Shown here piece by piece: positions 11,431 to 23,142 of a stretch of 64,000 nt of DNA (the stretch's first letter is position 1; every line of letters starts with the position of its first letter). The notes below the pieces were generated by a model. That model saw nothing but the letters and a program-made list of their open reading frames with translations. It did not search any database and had not been told where the DNA came from. A program made the position numbers and the translations under genes. Source of the stretch: Podarcis muralis. Taxonomy: Eukaryota. The stretch spans positions 32,736,001 to 32,800,000 of the forward strand of contig NC_135673.1 in NCBI RefSeq assembly GCF_964188315.1, in the 5' to 3' direction.

Positions 11431-11780
11431 GGGACGCAGGTGGCGCTGTGGGTTAAACCACAGAGCCTAGGACTTGCCAATCAGAAGGTCAGGGGTTTGA
11501 ATCCCCGTGACGGGGTGAGCTCCCGTTGTTCAGTCCCTGCTCCTGCCCACCTAGCAGCTCGAATGCACGTCAAAGTGCAAGTAGATCAATAGGTACCGCT
11601 CCGGCGGGAAGGTAAACGGCGTTTTCGTGCGCTGTTCTGGTTCGCCAGAAGTGGCTTACTCATACTGGCCACATGACCCGGAAGCTGTACGCCGGCACCC
11701 TCGGCCAATAAAGCGAGATGAGCGCCACAACCCCAGAGTCGGTCACGACTGGACCTAATGGTCAGGGGTCCCTTTACCTT
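11431..11780 (+). mobile_element. Sauria SINE, subtype B, full length
   Basis: Same head/tail structure; TSD tatgaggccaa at 11416-11426 and 11781-11791. Confidence 0.9.
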
Positions 11781-13373
11781 TATGAGGCCAAATATGTGTG
11801 TGCTTCACAATCGTGCTGCACAAGCATAGAAATTTGATAATTGGTGGAAAATTCAGCATCCTGGGAATTTGAAAAGTAAGTTTCTAGTCCTTCAGTTTGC
11901 AAAGTTAATATGTAATACCTGTCACAATCCCAGAAGTGAGCAAGTGGGGCTGAGCAAGATTTCCAGTAAGAAGCCCTTAACAATTGTGTTTCTGTATTCT
12001 ATGAGAAGCAAAGAAAAAACAGTCCTGTACATTAATAGTGAAAGTTCTCTGACACTGAATCTTTATTTTGCTGAAATATCAAAACTGCATAAGAAGGAAT
12101 TAGCAGCAGGCTCAAAGGAACCTTGTAGAAACACAAAAACCTTAAGGTAATAAAAGCTATAAAGGTGACGGGTGGGAACTAAGTGAGGACTGAGCAAATT
12201 CAGTGGGCGCAGAATGATGACGGAGTTTTGTGTGGGAGGGGGAATGGAAACTGGAAAGATGGAAAGAACGTGGCTGGCTGGGACCTTTGAACACTCCAAG
12301 CAAGACACTTAGCACTGCAACATTTTGTTGCAGGTTCGACTTGTTGGTGTAACATAAGCAGACACATTAGGGTTGCTTAATTTGCACAATCTATGCAGGT
12401 TATGGGATTTGGTTTCTCTTGGCACCAAACAACGCAGCATATGCACAGCCTTGGATTATGCAGAAACAACAATTTGGCCTTTAATTCTGGGTGGACATTT
12501 TCTGCATGTTATGAGGAATTTGATTTATTTCTATACATTGTTTAATACTTAATCCATTTTGGAGGGCATAGCTGGTGTTTGTGTGAATGAGCCTGCTTTA
12601 TTATAGAAAGGCATGGTATAAATGCTGGGGGGGGGGGGGAGAATAAGGGTTCCTGGCTACTGACTGAAGCAGGGCAGTCCAACTTTTCATACTAAGTGCG
12701 CTGCAAGAGTACTTCAACACAGAACCAGCAAACCGCATGCAGTGTCGTCACGGGGACTGGAATGCTAAAATGTGATGCCCCCCTCATGCTGCCAGATAAA
12801 TGAGGTACTGGTTTTTGGCAAGGAGGTATGAGGCTTAAGCAGACCACCTCCTTCCCGAAGGTGGTGAAGCAGGAACAAGGTTTTGGAAAGGAGGCCGGAG
12901 GACCCTCCTGCCTCCTTCTCAAAGCCTAGTGCCTTGCTTAGATGGTTGGGGAGAGTCAAACGTTGCTGAGGGCCACCTATAAGGCCTCATGGGTGACATG
13001 TGGCCCTTGGGCCATGTGTTGAACCGTCCTGGTATGAAGGAATATCGTGTAGCAATTTTTCTGGAGCCTAGCAAGTCTGAGGACTCGTGTGCTATACTTT
13101 CAGTAAAATGTCCTGGGAACTGTAGTTTTGTAAGGGTGCTGAGAGTTTTTAGGAGACCCGTGCCTCCCCATTACCTTTGCAGAGCTGCAGTTACCAACAC
13201 CCTTAACAAACTACAGTTCTCAGAATTATTTGGGGGAAGCCAAAGCCAGGATATTGCTTTAAATGTATAGTGCTCCTGGGGTTTGAGAGTGGTCAATGCC
13301 TGGATGGGAGGCTGCCTAGGAGCTCTATATATGCTGCCATAAACTCTTTGAAATAAAGGGGGAATATAAATGT

Positions 13374-13839
13374 TTGGTTGGTTTTTCAAATTAGAATTTT
13401 ACAGTCACGTGTCCAACTTACAACATAAAAGCAAGATTCCAAGGAATCTCTTGGACTTCCCTCCTCCCCTTTGTGGGTCCTCTTGTTAATCATTTCCTCC
13501 TGCATCTTATATGATAATCCAAAATCTTTTACCTCTCCATTGTGTCCAAAATTCACCATTAAACTACAAGTGATATTCTAATCCCACTAACAATTTTAAC
13601 TGTTTACAATGGTTTTTAAAATAAGTTATAATCTTTCCCCATTCCTTATTAAAATTTCGGTCTTCCTGATTTCTGATTCTTCTGGTCATTTTGGCCATTT
13701 CAGCATAATCCATCAGCTTGATCTGCCATTCTTCTCTGGTAGGGACTTTATCTTCTTTCCATCTCTGGACCAATAACATCCGCACGGCCGTGGTCGCATA
13801 CATAAATAGTCTTATCTGCTCCCTTGGGATTTCACCATG
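13374..13839 (-). mobile_element. L1-clade LINE 3' fragment
   Basis: Encodes MYATTAVRMLLVQRWKEDKVPTREEWQIKLMDYAEMAK (ORF2 C-terminus); 16-bp TSD gggggaatataaatgt at 13358-13373 and 13840-13855. Confidence 0.85.
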
Positions 13840-14093
13840 GGGGGAATATAAATGTAACGCAGATGTGAGGGAACTTCTGGCCTTCTGTTGTTGGACTCTA
13901 ATTCCCATCAGCCCCAGCCAGCATAGTTTGGGGTGATGGGACTTGTACTTATGGGCAATGGGAGTAATAGTCCAGCAATATCTGGAAGACCAAATGTTCC
14001 ATCATAGATGCAATGAATATAAACAAATGAGTAACTACTTGTAGGGGAGACAGCAAGAAAAAGGTTGTGACCAGTTTCTCTCTTGCATCTCAG

Positions 14094-15239
14094 GTGCACT
14101 GGACCAAAGAGGAGAACTTCATGTTCAAACTGTCCGAATTCCGGGAACCTTTGCTGAGATGGCTCCAGGAAAGCAAGGCAGCCATAACCCCTGAGCCTTT
14201 CCACCAGCAGGTGCTCCATTGGCTGGAGCAGGACTTGCCTGACCTCTCTGTGTCGCGTGACCGAAAGCGGCTGCAGTGGGGCATCCCTGTCCCCCACGAC
14301 TCGACGCAGACCATTTACGTCTGGGTCGATGCCCTGGTGAACTACCTGACCGTTGTGGGTTATCCTGACACACACCACACCTGGTGGCCCAGTGCAACCC
14401 ACATTGTGGGCAAAGATATCCTCAAGTTCCATGCCATCTACTGGCCTGCCCTCCTCATGGCAGTGGGGCTGGAGCCTCCAGAGAAAATCCTGGTGCACTC
14501 CCACTGGACAGTTCAAGGGCAGAAGATGTCAAAAACTCTGGGCAATGTGGTAGACCCTCAGGCCTGTTTCCAGCGGTACTCAGTGGATGGCTTTCGGTAC
14601 TTCCTGCTGAGACAGGGTGTCCCTGAGCGAGACTGCGACTACTATGATGAGAAGGCTGTCAACTTGGTCAATTCAGAGTTGGCTGATGCCTTGGGGGGTC
14701 TTCTTAACCGGTGCACGGCCCCCAGCCTCAACCCCAGTGGAAGCTACCCAGGCTTTTCAGAGGCATGTTTCCCTCGGGTCATGGATGCTCATAATAGGAG
14801 AGGCAAAGCCTTGGCTGAGGACTACAAACTGGTGTCATCAGTGAAAGACCTGCCTGCTCATGTGAGCGACTGCTTCGAACACTTTCAGATCTACAAAGCT
14901 TTAGAATCGATCCTGGACTGCGTGAGGCAGACGAATGGCTTCCTTCAGAGGCACGCGCCTTGGAAACTACGTCGTGAAGATCCTGAGGAACAGCAGTGGC
15001 AAGACACCATCCTGCACATCACTCTGGAATGCCTTCGGATTTATGGGAGCCTCCTGCAACCAATGATCCCAAACATTGCTGATAAAATCCTCACCAGGCT
15101 GGGTGTTAGTCCCACGGAAAGGTCTCTAAGCAACTTGAACTTTCTTCCTCGCTACTATGGCGAAAGGTCTCCCTTTGAAGGCAGGAGGCTTGGGGCAGAT
15201 GCTGGGCTCCTATTTCCAAAGCTGGAGAAATCCAAATGA
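14094..15239 (+). CDS. MARS2: MARS2 exon 3
   Basis: Acceptor tctcag; [14 protein letters not shown]...[12 protein letters not shown]...LFPKLEKSK stop. Confidence 0.95.
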   Translation: MHWTKEENFMFKLSEFREPLLRWLQESKAAITPEPFHQQVLHWLEQDLPDLSVSRDRKRLQWGIPVPHDSTQTIYVWVDALVNYLTVVGYPDTHHTWWPSATHIVGKDILKFHAIYWPALLMAVGLEPPEKILVHSHWTVQGQKMSKTLGNVVDPQACFQRYSVDGFRYFLLRQGVPERDCDYYDEKAVNLVNSELADALGGLLNRCTAPSLNPSGSYPGFSEACFPRVMDAHNRRGKALAEDYKLVSSVKDLPAHVSDCFEHFQIYKALESILDCVRQTNGFLQRHAPWKLRREDPEEQQWQDTILHITLECLRIYGSLLQPMIPNIADKILTRLGVSPTERSLSNLNFLPRYYGERSPFEGRRLGADAGLLFPKLEKSK

Positions 15240-16564
15240 ACCCAATTTCCAAAGCTGGAAAAATCAACAGATGCTGCAGAAGATCACCCACAAGTAGTCT
15301 CTTTTTATGCTTTCAGAAGGAGAAAAAAGATGGCAGCTTGTGCCTTATGGTTACATTTTAGTAAATGGTTGGCGGCACGGCGTAGGTATTTACTCTCTTA
15401 AGTTCATTCACAATAGTGCCTAGTAACAAGGTTCATTCATTGAAAGGGAGAGCTAGCTTGGCTCTGGTGCATATTACTCTCATGGCCCCACTGAGGATAA
15501 TAATTCCTTTTAAGGCACATCTCTATCAATCCCCACACACAGAAGAATTAGGATAGCACTCACTTCTCATTGACCAGTCTGGGGATGTGGTGTGGTGTGG
15601 TGTGTTGGTGATGACTGACTCTCCTGAACATTTTTGCTGAACATCATCCAGGTGTCAGCAAAGTAGAAGTGGCAGAGTATGGCTTTGCCCACACACTGGT
15701 TGAGGAGGACAGTCACAAATGGTGATGGGGTCCAGCTGCCACTTGGCGATTAGTCATGGCTTGAAGAGGCACTCCACCCTTTCAAAAACCTCCATGCCTT
15801 TGGAAAACATGTTGCCAAAGTCTGTTCTCCAGTGCAGGAAAAATTCCCAGTTTGAGACACAGAATATTGTTTGTATTCCAGAGGCTGGGGGGACAGGAAA
15901 GCATGGGTCTGATGTCTGTGAATGCTGGCATATTAATGTGACATGTTCAGGGATGTGAAGTTCGAGGACAGGGACATGGAAACTATGGCCCTCCAGATTT
16001 TCTGGGGCTCCCAGCTCCCATTAGCCCCAGCCAGCATAGCTGATACTCAAGTATGTTGAAAGTTGGAGTCAGGCAACATCTGGAAAGCCATATCTTTCCC
16101 ACCCTGCAATGTCCCACAATACAGATGCAGGCAGAACATAGATGAAGCTCTTGAGTGACTTGCAGGAGATCAGCAACGGTTTGGGATGCCCAGTGGTTTA
16201 GCAATTGCAACAATAAACAGCCCCCCCCCCCTTAAGCTGCTGAAACAAATTTTGGAGGAAAACCAGGACTGGAGTCAAGGTTTTGATTCTGGTAGTGAAA
16301 ACAAATTGCTACCTGAGCAGGCGGTGCTTTTCTTTATTCTAAGTGCATGTCCAGGAGCACCACCCAAGGCAACATTCAATACATGGTTCCTATGGGTGGA
16401 TTTCGGGGTCCTATTATCAACAGGATCTCATAAACTTGGGGTCTGCCTACCCCTGCTCATGTATGTTGGTCTTTAAACTTGGGATGGGAAAACTAGTCCT
16501 CTAGATATTGTTGGGCTCCAACTCTCATCAGTCCCAGTCAGCAGGCCATAGATCAGAGACATTG

Positions 16565-16722
16565 GAAAGAGCCATAGCTCAGTGGCAGAGAATCTGCTTT
16601 GCATCCCTGACAACTCTAGATAGGGCTGGGGGATAGTCTTGCCTGAAATCCTGGACAGCTACTGTCAGGCAGTATAGACAATATTGAGCTAGATGACCCC
16701 ATGGTAAAGCAACTTCCTATGT
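16565..16722 (+). mobile_element. tRNA-derived SINE (Squam3/MIR-related type), internally deleted
   Basis: Head agagccatagctcagtggcagag, tail gacaatattgagctagatg...aacttcctatgtt; related copies near 21830, 25400 (-), 31480 (-), 32450, 55400. Confidence 0.55.
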
Positions 16723-16939
16723 TCGTATCATAATGGATATTAACTGATTCACAAATGTTAATTTGAATAAAGTAATAGTTCTGCTTTTAGGTCAGGAATT
16801 GCCTTCCAGATGTGGGGCTCCAGTTCCCATCAGCCACAGACAGAACAGCCAATGCAGAGATTATGTAACTGCAGTCTAATAACTTGCTTTGTGGCTAAGA
16901 AGGTATCTAGCACCTGCAACTTTTGTAACCGTGTGTGTA

Positions 16940-17305
16940 AAAGGTAAAGGTCAAGTACCCCTGGATGGTAAAGTCCAGGCAAAGGAGACTATAGGGTGCA
17001 GCGCTCATCTCGCTTTCAGTCCAAGGGAGCCGGCATTTGTACACAGACAGCTTTCCAGGTCATGACTAAACCACTTCTGGCGCAGTGGGACACCGTGACG
17101 GAAACCAGAGCACACAGAAACGCTGTTTACCTTCCCGCCACAGCGGTACCTATTTATCTACTTGCACTGGTGTGCTTTCGAACTGCTAAGTTGGCAGGAG
17201 CTGCGACAAACCAACAGGAGCTCACCTTGTCGCGGGGATTCAAACTGCCGACCTTGTGATCGGCAAGCCCAAGAGGCTCAGTGGTTTAGACCACAGCACC
17301 ACCCA
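16940..17305 (-). mobile_element. Sauria SINE, diverged older copy
   Basis: aaaggtaaagg tail and gtggtttagaccacagcacc head on reverse strand; many substitutions. Confidence 0.82.
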
Positions 17306-17327
17306 CTCACCACCTTTTTATTATACA

Positions 17328-17336
<9 letters not shown>

Positions 17337-17378
<42 letters not shown>
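17337..17378. repeat. (CA)n microsatellite
   Basis: Direct read. Confidence 0.95.
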
Positions 17379-17380
<2 letters not shown>

Positions 17381-17466
17381 GCAAAATTAATTGAGAGTAT
17401 CCTTTTATAATTAATCAAATACCCCAGTAATGAGAGGTTAGTGCTCTGCTAAAGCATGGAGTAAGA

Positions 17467-17828
17467 GGGACGCGGGTGGCACTGTGGGTTAAAGCCTCAG
17501 CGCCTAGGACTTGCCGATCGAAAGGTCGGCGGTTCGAATCCCTGCAGCAGGGTGCGCTCCCGTCGCTCGGTCCCAGCGCCTGCCAACCTAGCAGTTCGAA
17601 AGCACTCCCGGGTGCAAGTAGATAAATAGGGACCGCTTACTAGCGGGAAGGTAAATGGCATTCCGTGTGCTGCGCTGGCTCGCCAGATGCAGCTTGTCAC
17701 GCTGGCCACGTGACCCAGAAGTGTCTGCGGACAGCGCTGGCCCCCGGCCTATAGAGTGAGATTGGCGCACAACCCTAGAGTCTGTCAAGACTGGCCCATA
17801 TGGGCAGGGGTACCTTTACCTTTACCTT
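17467..17828 (+). mobile_element. Sauria SINE, subtype A
   Basis: TSD taaagcatggagta at 17450-17463 and 17829-17842. Confidence 0.9.
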
Positions 17829-19663
17829 TAAAGCATGGAGTATTGTAAATGTGTGTATATGTATGTGTGCCATTGCTACTGAAACACACCTGACGGTATA
17901 TATGCCATTGGATGAAGTTAGTTTTCAATTCTTCCACATGCTTTAGCCCTAATACCTGCTTTAAAGGCCAGTCCTGGGAAATGTGAGTGAATAAGAGTCT
18001 GCTATGAGTAGAATTTTCTGCTTGTGTCTATCTCTATTTTCCTAGCAGCAAGTCATACGGATGTCAGGGTTTATTACCTGTCTATCCAGCCTTTCCAATA
18101 AGGAGCTTAAGGCAGTGTCCATGGACTCCTTTATCACCAACCCCTCATTTATACCCTCGCAACAATCCTACTTAAGAGAGAGATTGACTGGCCTAGGCAG
18201 AGGTGTACCTGGGGGCGCTGGCCAAGTTGGCCCCCACCCCAGCAGGCAGCACGCACACTCCACAAAAATCGCACAGTTGCTTGGCACTCCTGGGTTACCA
18301 AGCAGTCTGGGTTGGGAGAGTCCCTGCTCTTCTAACTGCTCACAACCATCTCGTAAGGTGATGGGCAAGGATCATAGATCTGGGCAGCGTGTGGCCCCTT
18401 TAGGGAGTGGGGTGGGGGAACAAAGAAAGGACTGAGTGCACAACTTTGGGGGATCTCAAACTTGTGGTGTGAAACTACCTGGTTGTCTGCTTCCTTTCCA
18501 TTGTGCTCAAGGGAAGGGCAGGGAAGTGCACAGGAAAATGAAGCAAAAAGGATGACTGGAGGGGGCCCCTAGTTCTGAGCATGGAGTTGCAGTGCAAGCT
18601 ATTTACTAAATGGGTACAGTTGCTGAATCCCCAAGAACAGGGCATCAGCCTGCAGACCGAAGAAGATATGAAAGATATAAAAATTGCATAAAGCACTTTG
18701 TAAACAAAAGGGAAGGCTGATAGAAATGATAAACAAATAACAGCCATAATAGTGCCAATATCATTTCTGTAGCCCAGGTGGTGGTCAACACTTTTTGGGA
18801 CCCAAAGGCACATTTGCAATCCAGAGCAATGTATTGTGGGCACCACGTATAATATGAGCACTGATCTAAGGCTTGGTAGAATTCTAAGATTGCTTCAGCA
18901 AGAAGCAACTGAGCCTAAGCTTTGTATAGTAGTAGTAGCAGCAGCAGCAGCTTCATCCTAACTGTCATCCTCACCAGCATTGTAAGATGCTGCTTTGCTG
19001 AAGCAGGCGCCAACCTCTTCAGCAGTTCTGCCACAAGCATGAGAGCTTCTGGTTTCACCTGGTCTTCTGCTCTGGAATTCTCCAAGAATGACAACAGAGT
19101 CACAGCTGAAAAACTTCATGCACCCTTTAACATGCCAGGAGAACAAGAACCCTGTTTACCATCAAGCATCATTTGTGGAAGGCGGCTGTCTCCTTCTGTA
19201 GTAGCAGGGAAAACCTAGGGATTTTCATCTATCTTTGAGGTTGACCTTATTCAGTTAGAACTGAGAACCACTTGCCCATGGTCTTATTATTGTTTCTGAT
19301 TATCTTATGAATACTGCACAATTAATTATATTCATCTGCCCCAGCTGCAACAAAACATGTCTCTCCTTCATCAGTCTATACAGCCATAGCACTGCAATCT
19401 TTTGACTTCACACCCAAAGGTGCACTCCTCCATTGTTGCCCAAGACAGACAGATGCCAACCAGTTATATTCCATTTAGTTAATCGCTACTTCTAGACCAG
19501 ATTAAAACAGCAAACCTAAAATTATATACCAAACCCAACAGAATTCACATTGGATTCACTGATGGGTAAGCATGTTTAAAGATGACAACTCTGCAGCACA
19601 ATCTTATCCACGCTAACAGTAAAATCCTAACCAAATCTCAGAAGTAAATTTCAGTGGAATTTA

Positions 19664-20020
19664 AAGGTAAAGGGACCCCTGGCCATTAGGTCCAGTCGTG
19701 GCCGACTCTGGGGTTGCGGCACTCATCTCGCTTTATTGGCCAAGGGAGCCGGCATTTGTCCGTAGACAGTTTTTCCGGGTCATGGGCCAGCATGACCTCT
19801 GGCGAACCAGAGCAGCGCACGGAAACGCCGTTTACCTTCCCGCCGGAGGTGTACCTATTTATCTCCTTGCACTTTGACGTGCTTTCGAACTGCTAGGTTG
19901 GCAGGAGCAGGGATCGAGTAACGGGAGCTCACCCCTTCGCGGGGATTCAAACTGCCGACCTTCTGATCAGCAAGTCTTAGGCTCTGTGCCACCCGCGTCC
20001 CATAAGCCACCCGCGTCCCA
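19664..20020 (-). mobile_element. Sauria SINE, subtype B, with duplicated 5' tip
   Basis: TSD tcagtggaattta at 19651-19663 and 20021-20033. Confidence 0.88.
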
Positions 20021-20559
20021 TCAGTGGAATTTAGTCCCAGGTAAATGGGGTTAAGATTACAGCCTAACCTGAGAGCATATGCCATTGAATCTTCTGTGTT
20101 GGATCAAGGTTCTATTTTGGGGGGTGGGCATATGCAGCTCCTTGCCAAGGGCACAAGGGACCCTAGGTAGGCCACTGGCCAGGGCTAGTCAATGTGGAGC
20201 CCTCCAGATGTTTTTGGGATGCAGATTCCCATCAGCCCCAGCAAGCATGGACCAAAGTCAGGGATGATGGGAGCTGAAGTCCAAGAAGCATCATTTTCTG
20301 CTGGACTTGCCCAAGGTCAAGTCAGCTTCATGAGTGAGGATTTTAGCCTGGATCTTCCCAGTCCTATCCCGACATTCTCAGCAATACAGCCCTCCCCGAC
20401 ATTGGAGCGCGTTGTTTAGGCAGCATGTGTTCGTTCCATCACTGTAAACATGAGAGGCCTCCGTACGTGTCTTCTATTATAATTGTTTTTACATTCCTTT
20501 GAGCAGCAGAACGTGGGTCACCAAGCACCCCCGTCTCAGATGTTAGCAAGCGCTAAGGA

Positions 20560-21350
20560 AATGAGCACATTTCCATGCGCAGCAGGGGATGAACAGTTAG
20601 GAGCCGAGAGAGCCGGCAAGCAAGCGGGGGCCACCCAGGCTTATTGGTTTCCCTCGTCCTGCCTTCTAGTTGGCTAAGCGCAACACAAGGCGCCGGTGGG
20701 CTGCTGCTAAGGCTCCGCCTTTGGGGCTGTGCCTGGAAGCCGGCTGGGTGTCGGCAGCCAATGAAAGCGCGGAGCGATGGGCGGCTCCTGGCCGGTGACT
20801 CGAGGGTGCTCCCGCAGCTGCGACTCATTGCTTAAATGCGGCTGGCTGGACCGACAGCTTGGAGTCTTGTAGGCAGGGAGCTGTGTTTCACCCCGGTCGC
20901 CATGCCGGCCGTACTGAGCCAACCCTGAGCTTTTCCGTCGAGTCCTGCCTTCGTTGGGTTTTCTTATTTGTTCCTTTTGCGCGGCGCCTTCCTCCCGCTC
21001 TCGCGCTACGGAAAAGCCGAGCCTTATCCTCGCCTAGCCTGCTAGCCAGCGCCGACGGCGTGTCCTTCCAGAATGGAGCTGGAAGCCTCGATGGAGCAGT
21101 CCGTTCAGACGCGCATCTTCAAGATCATCGTCATTGGCGACTCCAACGTGGGCAAGACCTGCCTGACTGTGCGCTTCTGCGGGGGAGCCTTCCCGGCAAA
21201 CACCGAAGCCACCATCGGCGTGGACTTCAGGGAGAAGGCGGTGGAGATTGAGGGAGAGCATATCAAGGTACAGCAGGAAGAAAAGCAGGGAGGGAAGAGG
21301 GAGAGAGCGGGGGAACCGGGCCTGGTGCACACAGCCTTTTCTGGGAGCCG
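20560..21350. promoter_or_regulatory. CpG island at RAB33A 5' end
   Basis: CpG-rich stretch with CCAAT (about 20758) preceding and covering exon 1. Confidence 0.7.
21073..21267 (+). CDS. RAB33A: RAB33A exon 1
   Basis: [29 protein letters not shown]...EGEHIK; donor AAG|GTACAG, phase 0. Confidence 0.93.
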
Positions 21351-22934
21351 GGTCCTCCTTCCAGGTGGCTTCGTCTGTTGTTATCGGGGTGTTTTTTTAA
21401 AGCAACCATAATTGAGGATGCTTCTTCTGAAAGCTCCGCTCGTCTTCTATTGCTGCCATGTCTGAAAGGATGTAGGGCGCCCCATGGAGGTGAGGAGAGC
21501 TGGGGAGCAAAAAATCGATGGACTCCCAGAGAAGCAGGCTATAGAACCCTATCTAGGGAGAGTAACGGGAAACCAGTATAAGACAGGCTTGGGTAGAGGA
21601 GGAGCAACAGTAGGCAAGGCACCCTGAACTGCAAGCTTCTTAAGGCACGGTGTGTAAGATGTATATATTTTGTCTAATCCGAATCCTGATGCTGTTGTCC
21701 TCACCACCATCTTAATATGCTCACAAAAACCCTATTGGGTGGGAAATGATGAGGGAGGGAGAGACAGCAAAACGGGGACTGGCCCAGTAAACTTAATGGC
21801 TAAGTAAGGATTTGAAGGGCCTTAAATCTGTGGTAGAGCTCCCGCTTTGCATGCAGAAGGTCCCAGGTTCAATCCTTGATAAAGCTGGAAGAAAGAACCC
21901 TGCCTGCAACCCTGGATAGGCTCTGCTATTCAGTACAGACAGACCAATGGCTGACTGTGTTGCATGTATATTCTCCCTAAGTACTTACATCATTCTGGCT
22001 CTAGGTTCTTCTGAAGGTTGGGGTATTAATTTCACAGTGGCTAATTTCTAAAATTACAAGTGTTTTAGGGCTCCACAGTGTATGGAAGTCAAGTGTGGTG
22101 GAAGCATTCCCCGTCCCTCACCCCCAACTTGGCAACTCCGAATTGCTAAAGCTGGTTGTGATGCCCTATAGTGGCAAGAGAAAGAGGGCCAGGGCATAGC
22201 GTTCACTGCATTTACATCACTTCATTACTCAACTACTTGATGACTTGCATCTGTGAACTGACACCCTCCTCCCCTGTTATGCCTGATATGAAAGTTCTGG
22301 CTTCAGTGCTGGAATCTGTGATGGCCTGTTCCTACAGGCAGTTCACTACCATGTCCATAATCAATTGGCATGCATGAATGATCCAGCCTCCATAACTGTA
22401 CTGTGCTCAGATGTTCTGTTCTTTATGGCTACTTCACATGTTTAACTAAGCAAACACCACCTTCCCAGTAGAATGGACAAGGTGTGGGGGAGATACACTG
22501 GTAGAAGGGGGAGGTATGAGCAGGGCCAAGATTTCAGTGCATTCTCACAGTCACATCACAGCCCAGAAACTGTACTCAGCCCCTGGTGCTTCTGTTATGG
22601 AGACTTCTGTTGAGGTCTCTGTGTGATTGCACAAGGACTGCCTATACTGTGAGATTCTGAAGCTGTTATTAACTCTGGATGTTTTCGTTTTGGATCACTT
22701 TTGCACACCAGGAATTAAGGACTGGATATATGTGTGCTGGTTCAGTCATCTCTGCTACATCCTTGCAATGTTAGGCCAATCAAGAGCACACATATTGACA
22801 GTGGGGATGGGAGAAGAAAGATATAAAATCCAGAATATTTAGGTATCATAAAATCAGCATCTGCAGAAGTGTTCAGATTGCTCAGTTACAGTAAATTCCA
22901 GGGCAAAGTATACATTGCATACTAATGCCATACT

Positions 22935-23075
22935 CAGTTTAAGAAGGATATTGACAAGCTGGAATGTATGCAGAGGGCAACCAAGAGGATCAAGGGTTTG
23001 GAAACCAAGCCTTATGAGGAATGGTTGTAGGAGTTTGGTATGTTTAGGGTCCCTTCCAACTCTACAGTTATATGC
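22935..23075 (+). mobile_element. CR1-type LINE 3' remnant
   Basis: aagaaggatattgacaagctggaa...agggcaaccaag...gggtcccttccaactct resembles CR1 3' ends. Confidence 0.6.
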
Positions 23076-23142
23076 TTCTATGAGTCATAGACCTTTAAAG
23101 AGCAAAAACTCATATAGGAGATTGCCTATACTAACCTTTCTC

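Larger units (their letters stand above)
8391..15239 (+). other. MARS2: MARS2 gene, join(8391-8637,9393-9727,14094-15239), 575 aa mitochondrial methionyl-tRNA synthetase
   Basis: 1728-nt spliced ORF with class I motifs HIGH (PHIGHLY) and [30 protein letters not shown]; Arg/Leu-rich presequence. Confidence 0.95.

Noticed and set aside
13908-14516. 202-aa minus-strand ORF
   Set aside because: Antisense shadow of MARS2 exon 3 running into a repeat; no recognisable protein.
18915-19218. ORFs on both strands; minus peptide KPEALMLVAELLK faintly recalls CENP-X
   Set aside because: Similarity covers about a dozen residues, the frame has an upstream stop, ends in a CAG/TAG repeat, and has no convincing splice sites.
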